Made by a program: the position numbers and the translations under genes
Origin: Bigelowiella natans CCMP2755
Taxonomy: Eukaryota; Protista; Cercozoa
Direction of reading: 5' to 3'
Length of the DNA: 55,470 nucleotides
NCBI GenBank assembly: GCA_000320545.1
Contig: ADNK01000839.1
Coordinates: forward strand, 1-55,470
In this document: positions 10,201 through 30,522 of the stretch, one piece after another
Layout: each line of letters opens with the position of its first letter
How positions within the stretch are numbered: the stretch's first letter is position 1
The notes under the pieces: model-generated
What the model was told of the DNA's origin: nothing
Database searches by the model: none
Seen by the model: the letters and a program-made list of their open reading frames with translations, nothing else

Positions 10201-12267
10201 TTCTTGCAGACTGCAGCTTGGATACTACGTAGGTTCTCCCCTACCTACGCTAGGACTGCAGCTGCTTTTACTACTGCTTACCGGAAGGAGAACTCTGTAG
10301 GCCTCAGCTTCGCTAAGGTGTGGGCCAAGGCTGGCCTTGATGCCCACTTCGATAACCTAATAAAGTTATGCAGCAACACCCTATTGAATGCTAAGCTAGA
10401 CACTACTAGACCAGCTACCCTATGGACAGACTGGTCTAAGCTAGGTATGGCTGCTGTACTTACCCAAGACCAGCAGATCATACGGGTGTGGGGCAGGGCC
10501 TGCACAGCAGCTGAGGCCAAGTACAGCCCTACAAAAGGAGAGTATAAAGCCATGACTGAGGCGCAGAGGAAACTAAGATACTACCTGCTGTCGGTGCCCA
10601 GCTTCACCTTAATGACTGACCACAAGCCCCTCCTAGGCATCGACCGCAAGCTCGAAGCGCCTAACGATGAGTATGCAGCTATGAGGGCGGACACGGAAGA
10701 GTTTAGGGACAAGAGGACAGTGGTCTACGCACCAGGAGACAAGCAGCTTGCTGACTATTTCAGCAGGCTGTTCGAAAAGAAAGTCCCTACCCAGGTCACC
10801 CCTATGGTTAACGCGATTACCTTCGAGGACGGCGACTTCCTGCCTGAGCCAGAGGAGCTCCAGCACCTTCAAGAACACCTGGATAAATACAAACACAAGC
10901 ATGAGGTACTTAGTGATAGGATATATGTATACACTAATAATGTTAGGCGTACCTACGTGCCACGGCGGACCAGGGGAGCCCTTCTCTTTACCGCCCATGG
11001 ACCTGCACACGTAGGAGAAAACCATATCACTGCTCTACTCTACCATTACTACTGGCCCTACAAGCTAAAAGAGATAAGGACATACCTGCGTGGCTGCAGG
11101 TGCTCCAGCTTGAAGGCGGCAGGCGTCGCCACCAAGGAGTCCAGCAAGAGCCGTGCATCTAAGAAAATCAAAGCAAGGAACTTCTTAGATATCGTGCAAA
11201 TTGATGTTTATAAGTACGATGGCTATCACTACCTTACCTTCGTTGATGTGGCCACTGGAAAGTGCTGGGTTAAAAAGATTATCAAGGTCAACGTTGCTAA
11301 GAAGAACAAAGGCTTATATAAGCAGAGGCTTACTAACTGCTACCGTACCTGGGAGTCTGAGCTCCAGGCTATCCCTGATGAAGTTAGCATAAACAAGATA
11401 CCAAAGAAGTTACATGTGGATAATGAGACCTCTCTTCTACAGCTACCACACCCTAATATTGATGCCTCACCTGTATACTATGCCCAGTCCAACTCCAAGG
11501 TAGAGCGACTCCACCGCACCTTGGCCAACCTAAGCAGGATAAATAGCACCACACCAGACAAGATACAAGGGTTAGTAAACGACACCTTCACGTCTGGGGG
11601 AGGTATCAAGGATAAGGAGAGGGAAGAAGGCGACGACAACGACGACGATACCGAGAGCGAAGACGAGAAGGTCCCGTACGATGGCCGAGTTCTAAAGGAA
11701 GGACAGTATGTTAGGGCCAAGGTAAATCTGAGATCGAGAAATAAACAAGACCCCTTCTGGGGTGGCGTTGCAAAGGTTACCGAGAGGAAGGGGAGGAAGC
11801 AGTACTACATCTATGATGGGAACAGGGTCACCTTGCGCCACATCAGTCACCTAAAGAATTATGATATCGGTGAGAAGCTCCTAGAGGATGTTAAAGTAAA
11901 CCCTACTGTGTGGGAGCGAGCAATGCCTTGTTTAGGACCCCGACCTAAGTTCGATGTGGAATATGGAAACAATAAGGTCAGGGTGAACGACGATTGGCGC
12001 ATGAAGATTGTCTATCTAGGCTACCCTGGATTACGAAATATGGAGAGGGTAGCTATGAAAATAAAGGACGGAAAATATCAGCTACTCTACCTAGCTGTTC
12101 CCGACTTACCCTTTGAGCACTGGTATAAGGTCCTGGGGGACCTTGATGCAGAGGGCTGGTATGGACACGAACCTAAGGACGAAGGTGAGTTCTGGGTAAG
12201 CGACAAAGGAGATAAGGTTAGAGAGGAATCTATTACCTGGTGGTTGGTGAAGTTCCGAAAGCGATGA
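7294..12267 (+). CDS. Gag-Pol polyprotein, 1657 aa, with an extra C-terminal MTase-like domain
   Basis: Zn knuckle CGYC-x5-H-x4-C (8401-8445), protease ALWDSGS (about 8848), RT SLD / FPYGL / YVDD (9958), RNase H LWTDWS..GE..TDHKPL, integrase H-x3-H...CRC and D-D-E, GPY/F-like module (KQDPFWGG..RHISHLK), then about 128 extra aa. Confidence 0.96.
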   Translation: MSQQLEEQQDFGSQAVQGHEQKQERKGDTDAKEGGGTPPQAPPGPAPGIKKADAAAEALENFYEADDEDVAAESKKVVMALRALRPRASNYAKLKVSIEYKYQTHDVWAAIMQDIMDYEADLPPEWAALFRNDGGLGASRGTTQSTVKQQQPVQRNTQFMSVKTAPVMITKYNGKRGEARRWWKNARSILCDFTPNPTENDKLKWLAIIKQAMDLYETGRTRIRQLEKIHTTVSGLRDVEAIMKAFVNEQDANSLPQAIRKYRAMMQHEREPVRDFATRFQDMIDELHDFNYNTGDDQARFEEFKLKIKESTYVTEKGYTTMEAAVQAISLREQEQDRKFTSPKVPGIGNINAIKPQRDWYKDREGNRRCGYCSRKGKHTAKDCRDRKEGRPRMTIRQLNEHYEKLKRKKGRGQGYNNSKWQGSNNGKNNKYKNKKQNSINAIQQQINGILDHLKQAPTKTAVPATQDQDKPMTLDDIKNLGVCNINDEDANRTIKVAMTKVKVKDSYGDYKKLPALWDSGSMPKSFISLSTVRRLGLLDQVTKKERKYAQADGSSSMKTVGELMLKLQIPGSDAETQIKTRVAMTLSMELLLGQDALEKLGGIISFYNHKIYFAKLPKKSGRTISQNMIRLDEWTSESSVNALEFMDLADNKLPTPTELRKKNPGKTIRQITELLDKTPPADDWDIDKGKKYINKILNEKYSDITKPTTKPSSKLTPVKIELKKGYEECIINDPEHRRPEADWEKIEWQINEWAKEGKIEPSNSPWNVRHVLAKKPTYPFFRLAHNFIRHNRVIKRIQTPTPRIDDVIEHVIGYKYYSSLDKNESYMQTPIHKTSRPITAFSSRHRKWHFVVFPYGLSISGDAFSSQNYRAYTHDGMASVLWVFVFVYVDDDIICTNTVVAQIFLLENIFIRFAHFGFTIRLQKCTFLATRIKWCGYYLEQGRITPNPEKVAALQQAPKPKNAKELKSFLQTAAWILRRFSPTYARTAAAFTTAYRKENSVGLSFAKVWAKAGLDAHFDNLIKLCSNTLLNAKLDTTRPATLWTDWSKLGMAAVLTQDQQIIRVWGRACTAAEAKYSPTKGEYKAMTEAQRKLRYYLLSVPSFTLMTDHKPLLGIDRKLEAPNDEYAAMRADTEEFRDKRTVVYAPGDKQLADYFSRLFEKKVPTQVTPMVNAITFEDGDFLPEPEELQHLQEHLDKYKHKHEVLSDRIYVYTNNVRRTYVPRRTRGALLFTAHGPAHVGENHITALLYHYYWPYKLKEIRTYLRGCRCSSLKAAGVATKESSKSRASKKIKARNFLDIVQIDVYKYDGYHYLTFVDVATGKCWVKKIIKVNVAKKNKGLYKQRLTNCYRTWESELQAIPDEVSINKIPKKLHVDNETSLLQLPHPNIDASPVYYAQSNSKVERLHRTLANLSRINSTTPDKIQGLVNDTFTSGGGIKDKEREEGDDNDDDTESEDEKVPYDGRVLKEGQYVRAKVNLRSRNKQDPFWGGVAKVTERKGRKQYYIYDGNRVTLRHISHLKNYDIGEKLLEDVKVNPTVWERAMPCLGPRPKFDVEYGNNKVRVNDDWRMKIVYLGYPGLRNMERVAMKIKDGKYQLLYLAVPDLPFEHWYKVLGDLDAEGWYGHEPKDEGEFWVSDKGDKVREESITWWLVKFRKR

Positions 12268-12273
12268 AGGTCT

Positions 12274-12318
12274 AAGGGAATAAGGAAGGAAGGAAGGAGC
12301 AACGTGACTTGGGGGAGG
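12274..12318 (+). promoter_or_regulatory. Polypurine tract region
   Basis: GGGGGAGG (12311-12318) abuts the 3' LTR. A longer purine run AAGGGAATAAGGAAGGAAGGAAGGAG lies just upstream. Confidence 0.85.
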
Positions 12319-12644
12319 TGTAGCGCGTACCACTACGCGGGCACAAGTCACGTGCGACAACAAAGGGGTTGTCGCGGATATAGAATATAGATAACGTAGA
12401 TATTAATACAGCATAGGCACGTGGGTTCCGGCGGGACTCATGGCAGCACACCGGAAGTGTGCTGCCCCACGTGCGGCGGCATTCGCGAAAGCTTCGCGAA
12501 TGATTACGCAGTGCACGATTTAATAAAAATATAATCTTTAATAAAAATAAACACAACTCTTCAAAAGGAAGCAAACGTGCCTTTCCCCCCCCCTGCCTAC
12601 TTGTGCACGTAGCGCCTCGGCCTGTGAACACCTTACGCGCAACA
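12319..12644 (+). repeat. 3' LTR
   Basis: 326 bp, no differences seen from the 5' LTR, followed by the GCAT TSD. Confidence 0.97.
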
Positions 12645-12798
12645 GCATCCCATAAAGAAAGCATTCAATACTGTCAAACCCTAGGCTCCACAAATGACTT
12701 AAATTTGAGCGACTAAGTGCTATTGTTGCAGGTGTCTTTTCTTGTTTCGTCCTATTCTCTTCTGTTCCCGTCCGTCCTTTCCGCTTTCTTCCTCGGAA

Positions 12799-13116
12799 AT
12801 GCTGCTGGGAACTGCCCGAAGCTCCAGGGCGCTCGCAGTGAGTGGTGCGGCAGTTTGTGCGGCTCTGCTGCTCGTGGCGATGAATTCACCCAGAATGGTT
12901 AATCAAAACTCTCTCAAGGTTGCAAGAAGTAAGCCGCAAGGTGAACTAGAGTTGCAAGCACGTCAGACATCTGATAGTTCAGTAAATATAATTCAATTTA
13001 TTTAGGGGGCTCTTTCTCCCCCCCTCTCTCTCTATGCCTCGCTATCTCTATATCCTTCCCTCACCCCTGTTGTCTTGCTTTCTCTCCTTTGTCGCTCTCA
13101 TTCTCCTCCAGGGACT

Positions 13117-13159
<43 letters not shown>

Positions 13160-14982
13160 ACGCGTATAGATACATACATTTAATTCAATGTGTGTGTGTG
13201 TGTGTGTGTGTGAGTGTGTGTGTTAGAAGAGAGTAGGGACTGGTGAAGGAGGGACAGAACAAACATCACAATTTTATACTGTATTCATTCCGCAGCTGTC
13301 TTAACGAGGAGATCTGCCCTTGTTGGAATCGCTGCCATGGCCCCCTCGCTTATGAAATGTAGTTGAAGCCCTATTTCTTCACTAAGCAAATAATGATAGT
13401 CTATTTAGATATAGCGATCTAGACATATACATGCTCATGGTGGTGTGATGTGCATGGAACCAATCCACTGATTGCCCCGCCTTCCACTCCGGACCCTTAA
13501 CCAATTAGCCGGCAGCTCCAAGGCAAACGGCCTAACAGAGTACAAGCGCAACTCGCAGTCCAAGCTCTGGATAGCCGGAACAGAACTTGCCACCTTGCGT
13601 CTAGAAAAGGCAAAAGAGTATGCAGATGGAGGGTTGTATGTTGAGGCGCGAGACGCACTACACGAGGCAGCTGGATCGTGTGTTGGCGAGGGGGGGAAGC
13701 CAGAGTCGAGATACAGGTGCGCACACCCTCACCATTCATGACAGTAGTAGCTGTAGTAGTAGTAGTAGTAGCAGTAAATATACAAGGAGAGAATTGAGAA
13801 GGGAAAATGGAGGTCGGGGAGAAGAGAGTGAAAGAGTAAGAGACGAGCTGATGACGATCTGAGTAGTGAGAAGAGTGCATTGTTAATCAAACACGAAAAC
13901 GACATATATATATGTGTGTGTGTGTGTGTGTGGAAACGATAGAGGATAAGAGTAACTAGAAGCAATTCTTTCTCTCTCCCCTTCCCCCTCACCCAATCTT
14001 CTACCATGATCATCTTCTTCTCGATCTTCTATCGCTGCCGATTAGGTGCCTCTTTAACATATTCGAGCGGTCCGTAGGGGAAAGGGCGAAGGAGTATGTG
14101 GACGGTGACGATGAAACTAAAGCACGAGTGGTAGTCAGTTGTAGCAGGGAGAATGCTTGCTTAGATAAAGCGGGGCTATGTCATGCTCTATGATGGTTTG
14201 CAATGTGGGATGATGCCTTCCTAAGGTGCATTATTAGTCTCCCATTTCTTGCTTTCCACGGCCCCCTCCTCCTCGTCCTCCTCCTCCTCCTCCTCCTCGC
14301 CCCCATCCCCTGTGCATCCTTCGCGGGTATATGAAGAAGCCTATCCAATTTAACGTAGGGCCTCCAGAGCAAAGAGCAGCTGGAAGAGGAAATACGCGAG
14401 CTGAATGAGGTGGCACGATGATCAGAAGAGATAGTTTATTGCTACTCAAAAAACAGCCTAATAATCGAGAAATGGATTGGGAAGAGGGACAATGATCCAG
14501 AATGCCAATGACGATGACGACGATGATGATGATGATGATGATGATGGTGATCGATGGTTAATGTCTACCAGCGACTAAGTCATTGGCATTGTTTTTGGGC
14601 AGCACTTGTGGCGTCGTTTTTCCTCTTTTCTTTTGCAATCTGCTGAGTGGAAAGGACACACACACACACACACACACACTCACACGCACGCGCGCGCGCA
14701 CACACACACACACAAACGTCCTCAGCAATCCGTGTAAAGCTGTTGTGGTCATCGATCAGGCCTTTGTGACATTGCAACAAGCTGCTGATGGAAACCGGGA
14801 GGCCATGGCAAAGGTATTTATATCTATCACTTTCTTTTGCTCTCCACACACGTCGAGGGAGGCTGAGTTGAGTGGCCCTTCGCCGTACACAGGCTCCGGT
14901 CCAAATCGAGGCCGCGATTGCAGCCAACGCCCGCGTAAAGAAATCTCTGATAATGGCGTTCGGATTGAAGGATGCAAGCTAA
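12799..14982 (+). CDS. Putative thylakoid-lumen helical protein with tripartite leader (about 7 exons)
   Basis: MLLGTARSSRALAVSGAAVCAALLLVAM (signal peptide), basic linker, VLTRRSALVGIAAMAPSL..SKA/N (Tat RR, hydrophobic stretch, AxA-like site). The mature part is helical and ends APVQIEAAIAANARVKKSLIMAFGLKDAS*. Middle exon phases are not fully resolved. Confidence 0.6.
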
Positions 14983-15730
14983 TGGCGTTTCATCGCGAAG
15001 TGATCAGTCATCCTCAGTCAACAACAGCAGTACGTGTACACACACGTCGCTTTGTGTGGCCGCCATCGAGCCTTCGATATCACGCTCCCCGTCAGATAGG
15101 CGGGCCCTATTATTAACGCCACAGCCTTTCGGGGAAACCGGTTTTGCGATTAGGCTGCATGTATAGCTTTATGTAAATGATACGCAGGATAGAGAGAAGA
15201 GGTGAACAGTAGCGAAATTAGTGTAATTTTTCTAGTCATGGCGCTGACGCATTTATGCATATAGCAGCACGCCACATCACCCAAAATAGATGTAGATTCT
15301 ATACGTGTGAAAATTAAGAAAAGGAAAGTTTTTTCGGCTGTCATCGCCATTCTCCAGCACTGCATTAGTCGCAATACAGTCGCGCTTTTCATCCGTCTAG
15401 AAACGATTACTTTCTGTGCAAGCTACATGCATGCATGCTGTGTCAGTGCGCTATTGCATGTCTATCTCAGTAAAATTGTTATAACCTGGCGGTATGTATT
15501 TTATTTGTGCTCAAGATGCTACGCTATAGTTAAGTGTACATGGCTGCGCAGCCGCATGAGATGCTTATTTATGATGTAATGAGCTACGCCAGGACTATGA
15601 TGGACAGATCGATACGTGTGTTGACTAAAGATTATTACATATGAGTGTGTCTATTGTGTTGTATTGCTACGATGCCACGCGCATGCAAGGAGGCTCGAGC
15701 TTATAGGCTATGTGATGCCTTCCATGCTAC

Positions 15731-15775
<45 letters not shown>

Positions 15776-15809
15776 CGCGCGTGCATTTCAGATGTCTTCC
15801 AGCCTTCCC

Positions 15810-15965
15810 CTACTTCGTATCTTCTGGAGTTTCAGTACCAGTGATCGCTGCAATGAAAGACTTCATGTGCGCCGGTGCGAACAGCATCGACAGTCCCCCT
15901 AGAAGGATAGCAGGGAAACAAAAACGACAGGTAGCATACATTATAAATATGTATATTATATATTA

Positions 15966-15999
<34 letters not shown>

Positions 16000-16569
16000 T
16001 ACAACACATATAGCATTTGTACCCTACGAGAGGAAAGAAGGCAGGGTTTCAGAAAAAGGTTTGAGGCTGGAAGGACAAGTCAGTAGCGACTACTACCTAG
16101 AGTGAGGACGGAGGTGCCTGAAACTACGCCTAGAATCCCCATTCGGTTGATTGGGAACAAGTCCTGCGTCAGTGCGGACTGCCGTACACATGCATAGTCA
16201 CAAGGCATTTCTTGCATAGAAAGAAGGGGAGGAAAGGTCCAAGGGAGCGTGCCATAGTTAATTCAAAAATAGTTGGCAGCCACCCTCAAATACACAGCAG
16301 CGGTGTCTTTCGCTGGTGTGTTGCTGTACAAAAAGATTTGCCTCCTTTTATACGTGAAGCGTCGTCGGCGACCAGCAATCGTGCTGTTTGTTTTCTCTGT
16401 TGTTTTTCCGAGGAAATGATTTTGGTCCTCCTCCCGCAATCAGGCAAGGGGGAGGCTATTACTACCTGGACGAGGAAGTAACGTCTGGTAGCATACATGA
16501 GGAACATCCCTCCAACCCCCACCATAAGCACGTTTATCCCGTGAGTCGATGGGGAACGCTCCAATGCCG

Positions 16570-16616
<47 letters not shown>

Positions 16617-17231
16617 AGGAAGGCCAACAATATCAGCATAAGCACACGAGTGGAAACGATAGACTGAGTGGCCAGTATGCAAGAATACTTCACGCTCACA
16701 TGCTTTCTCGTGTATTCTATTGTTTTTAGAACTCAATGTTGCGTTTGTGCTCTGGGCGCGTGTGTGGCGTGGTTGTATGATGGCGCGGCCTCTGCCCGTG
16801 GATGCTATGTAGAGGATAGTGGAGAAGAGAACTCTTCCGCTACCCTGTTTTTGCTCCTCGGTAAGCGGGGAACACAGAATAGTCATTTCTCCGTGTTTCT
16901 GCGTGCGGTCGAATTTTCGGTGTTCAACAAGAGATATATGGGCCATTCGCCACCCAGCGTTTCATAAAATATGTTTGGAGAAACAATAGTGTCAGGGACG
17001 GAGAAAGTGCTGCGAACAGGTCGCTTCGGACAGTTGCATTAGATATCAGAGCAGACGTCGACGCTATCGAGAACACCACCTGGAGGGAATCTAGGGCGAC
17101 GCCGAGCCCCACGAACGACATTCCGGTCCTTCACATTAGAAACGTGTTTGACTTGTGCGATGACAATTTGTTAGTGGAATAGAGAAACGAGGAGGGGCGA
17201 CAAACAGTGGCCTTGTTTGTGTGGATAACAT
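15810..17231 (-). CDS. Small multi-pass membrane protein (loosely TMEM14/FAX-like)
   Basis: Spliced model MLSTQTRPLFVAPPRFSIPLTN|YSLQVVFSIASTSALISNAT|GSGRVLFSTILYIAST|AALERSPSTHGINVLMVGVGGMFLMYATRRYFLVQ|...GGLSMLFAPAHMKSFIAAITGTETPEDTK*. It needs a GC donor and the middle exons are uncertain. Confidence 0.45.
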
Positions 17232-17365
17232 CTGGTTTCCCCACAACCGGCAACTCTCCTTGCATATACGCACGATATTCTACATCATATTAATTAAGAC
17301 GCAGCTTGTTGAGGCAATGCTACCGAGCCCAGGCCAAGAATGTCCGTTCACTACGTTATTAGTAC

Positions 17366-18343
17366 ATGGAGAACAGGGCTTTCAGCTACGTTAAGACTTA
17401 AAAAGCTAGGCTTTTGTTTGTAGGTACGATATTCATAGAAGGGGGAGATCGAGCATTACTTGGCGAGATGGTCTCTAGCTACGCTTCCCGTGTTTTTCAC
17501 ATGCAACAGCCTCCTCAAGCTTGATCTTGAGTGTGAGACACCTGAGATCGAGGTGTAATGCACAACATCGCCACAGATCATCAATGCGATTGCAGCTGTA
17601 ATGCGATTGAAAATCAAGCCCCGCGGGCTAACCTACCCTTCCACATCATGTTCTTATCGTCCCGATCGATATCTCTCCGGGCTGCTCCCCCGTGATCTGA
17701 AGTATGCAAGGTAAACAAGGATGTTATCTACGAGACAACGCCCCCTTCCTTGCTCTGTCGCCCTTTCCTATTGCTTTACCACCCACACGGTGATTCTGCC
17801 GCGTCTCTAAGTGCCGCGCCCACCCCTGATAGGAAAAATCCTCACCAGCTCGGTCACGTCGTCTGCAGAAGGGGAAATTCTACTTCTTCCAAATGGCTCG
17901 AGCAGGTGAACCAAGGTGTGGTTTTCACCGTGCGACAAGGGCCAAAGTGCAGTCGTAGGAAGGAATTATAGGATGTTTCTCCATGATCGAACAGAACCTC
18001 TTCTGCTTGTTCAGCTGGGAGAAGATGCTGGGACGACGCCGCTTGGACATCGAGGTTGCGACGCTGTCTTAATGGAAAAACGACCGGCATTTACGTTTTC
18101 GCACCATTGAAAAATACGCAACGTTTGTCCTTCGCAGCCAACCTGCAGACCCCCACTCTAGCACTAGTCCAGCGTGGAACTGTGAGGGTCCGTGCCAACC
18201 CCACAACCACCCTCCCACCCGCAGAAAACTGGAGAGAAGAGCTGAGGCGATTTGAAAATGCCCAAAAGCAGTTATCACCGCTGAGAAGAAAAGGCATCGT
18301 CCATCGACATCCAGCGGCGGGCGGGATTTCGGACCTGAGCTAG
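17366..18343 (+). CDS. Possible multi-exon hypothetical protein
   Basis: Microsatellite-free, coding-like blocks bounded by AG/GT (e.g. MENRAFSY|KGEIEHYLARC|LLKLDLECETPEIE, RMFLHDRTEPLLLVQLGEDAGTTPLGHR). No recognisable domain and the phases are ambiguous. Confidence 0.3.
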
Positions 18344-19364
18344 CGAAAATCAGTGGCCTGGTTCAACGCACAACCCCCCCTCTGGCCCTGTTGGTGACAA
18401 TTGATGACGTTTCCTTTTCTCTCCCCATGGAGCTCCAATGATGACACCAAATGAGGTCACAAAGAACAATGATGAACTTCTTGGGAACACGCAAGGCTTC
18501 AAAGCAACTCCATGAACTGCTTGCATGATGGGTGACAAGGTGCTTGATCTCTGAAATCGAGAAAACGCTCCAGAACGATGGCATGTGAACCAAGGGGAAG
18601 CGAATGTCAGAGGGGGGCAAAGACAATGGAAGGAGGGAAAGAAGGGGTGGAAACACTGCATGCAGGTCCTGACAGGTCCTAGCTAGCTAGAAGAAACGTG
18701 ACCTTTGCGTGCACCTTTCCAACATTTCCACACTTGATTCTCAGGACCTTCCTTCACCCAGCTAGCCAGCTCGCACACAACGCACAATGCAGCGAAGAAG
18801 ACTTGCGCGTTGTGCATGGCACAGCAGTGTCTTGAATGGGAAGACAAAAATGGATGAACTTGCGAAGCAGTCTAGCAGTGTGTCTCCGCCAAGTCATCAG
18901 CCTAGCAGTGTCAATGATCATTTCAATCTGAGTTGGAATGATGCACAAACAAAATTTTATGTGCGCACATGACTCTGCTAGCTCCAGAGCTGCAAGCATG
19001 CATCGCAGCGCATCCGGTGCGCCTGCTGGTTGTGCGCTTTTGCTGGCATGCGATGCTCCGCGCATCTCGTCAGCATACGCTAGCTAGCTAGCATGCTAGC
19101 ATGGTTTGCAGCAATATGTCTAGATGTTGTGCTAGGCTGGTACTGATAATGAAGATGAGGCGCACGTGATGGTACCGAACTTTTTATGGCAGCAGCAGAT
19201 CATGCCGCCAACGAATCATCTGCTACATGATGCAGCAGCGCTACGTGTGTACATGGTGAGCACTGACAATGAAAACATAGAGGCCCCATCATTTCCCCTG
19301 CTGACCATTGCACGAATACAAAAAGAGACGCACCATGTACGCGTGCTGTTTGCCATGCATGGAA

Positions 19365-19411
<47 letters not shown>

Positions 19412-19591
19412 GAGACTACAATAATGATGTAACTTGTTCGAACACGAGGCGTTAACGCCCGTTCTCCTCCTCTATTTATACATGCATCGGTAGACCATGA
19501 CGGAACATTTTTCTCGTCTCGCAAGGCTAACGATACCGTTCAATACTACAATTGAGCCCATGAATTGTGGCTACTACTGCTGCTGCTACTA

Positions 19592-24455
<4,864 letters not shown>

Positions 24456-24612
24456 CGCGACACCTCCTTCAACCCTGTTAAGCTCCTGATTCCCGCCTGC
24501 ACTCAGCCCTTTGTATTTTGGGCAACAGGATTTGGTACATAACTGAGGAACACATCTTTCGCTTTCACCCTCTTCCGTCCCATACAACAAATATATTTAT
24601 GTATCGAAAGGT

Positions 24613-24660
<48 letters not shown>

Positions 24661-24681
24661 AAAGAGAAAAGATAGGAGAAA

Positions 24682-24739
<58 letters not shown>

Positions 24740-25861
24740 GGGGTAGGGGGTTTAAGAAAGGGAGGTTTCTACTCATGTAAAAATGTTTGATTCGAAGATA
24801 GACACCAGTGAGGGAAGTTTGGAATAGCCCTTCAAGAGTGAGCTCTAGCACACACACACACACACAGTAATAACGTTTTCAGCATCAGTGAGTTTGTTCC
24901 CTTTGATAACGACAATGAAATACAGGTAATAAATGGTTTCATTCTAAATTTTTTGAGGTCGTTCTTCTCTGTATTCTCGGCGCTACAGTTTCCCGCCTTT
25001 TCCATGAAACAGATCATTTGTTCCGATAGAAGTTTTGAGGTCTGATTTCTGCCAGACTTGGCCTCTCTGATGTAGAAGATGTTGGCTTTATATTTTCCTT
25101 TTTTCATGGGGGAACATCCTAAGACAATTTGACTTCCTTTTTTTGGGTTTTGGGGCATGTTTCCGGATTCCGTGGCCAGATTTTTCTTGGTGACAGGGGA
25201 TTTTCAAAAGGAACTGCCAAAAATCAATAAGAAAAGGATGTCCTTTTTGGTTAAAGGCGGTCCATACTTCTTTCAGTGCGCATTAGGTTTAATGGAAATT
25301 AATGATATCACTGTTCCTCGGATGCAATCTTTCTGGAGGAAACCCCTGGAAATGCCTCAATAAATTAAAACATTTTTGTAATTCTTAAGTCTTTTGCAGA
25401 ATGCAACATGTAATTGGGGTGCATAGAATTTCAAACATGATCTGAAGTCAAATGACTACGCTTCCTTCGGATGATCACACTCGTGGCACTCCCTTTTTAA
25501 ACCCAAAACTATGCACTTTCACGTTCCATTTCCGCACACAAGGCAATTTATACTCGATTCTGGAGAAAACATAGTGAATCTTCTGATTTTGCACCAAATA
25601 GCATCGACAGTTAATGCTTACACTTTAAAATAAAGCTGCTGCCTCTTTTGTTTGACAAATGAACCGAGAAATTCTAACCGTCTAAATACATCATTCTTGA
25701 ATATTTTTCGTTGTCGTAGATAAAATATGTAATGTAAAATTTAAAAATATGACTCTGCAGACCACTTTTGGTGCCATTTTAGACCCGACACGAGACAAAC
25801 CGATTCCTACCTTCCCGCCGACCCTAAAACTACTCATCAGGGCACGTACCCCACACCTCCT

Positions 25862-30522
<4,661 letters not shown>

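Larger units (their letters stand above)
6929..12644 (+). mobile_element. Full-length Ty3/Gypsy-order LTR retrotransposon
   Basis: Two 326-bp TG...CA LTRs, GCAT target-site duplication (6925-6928 and 12645-12648), PBS, PPT, and a single ORF with domain order Gag-PR-RT-RH-IN. Confidence 0.97.
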
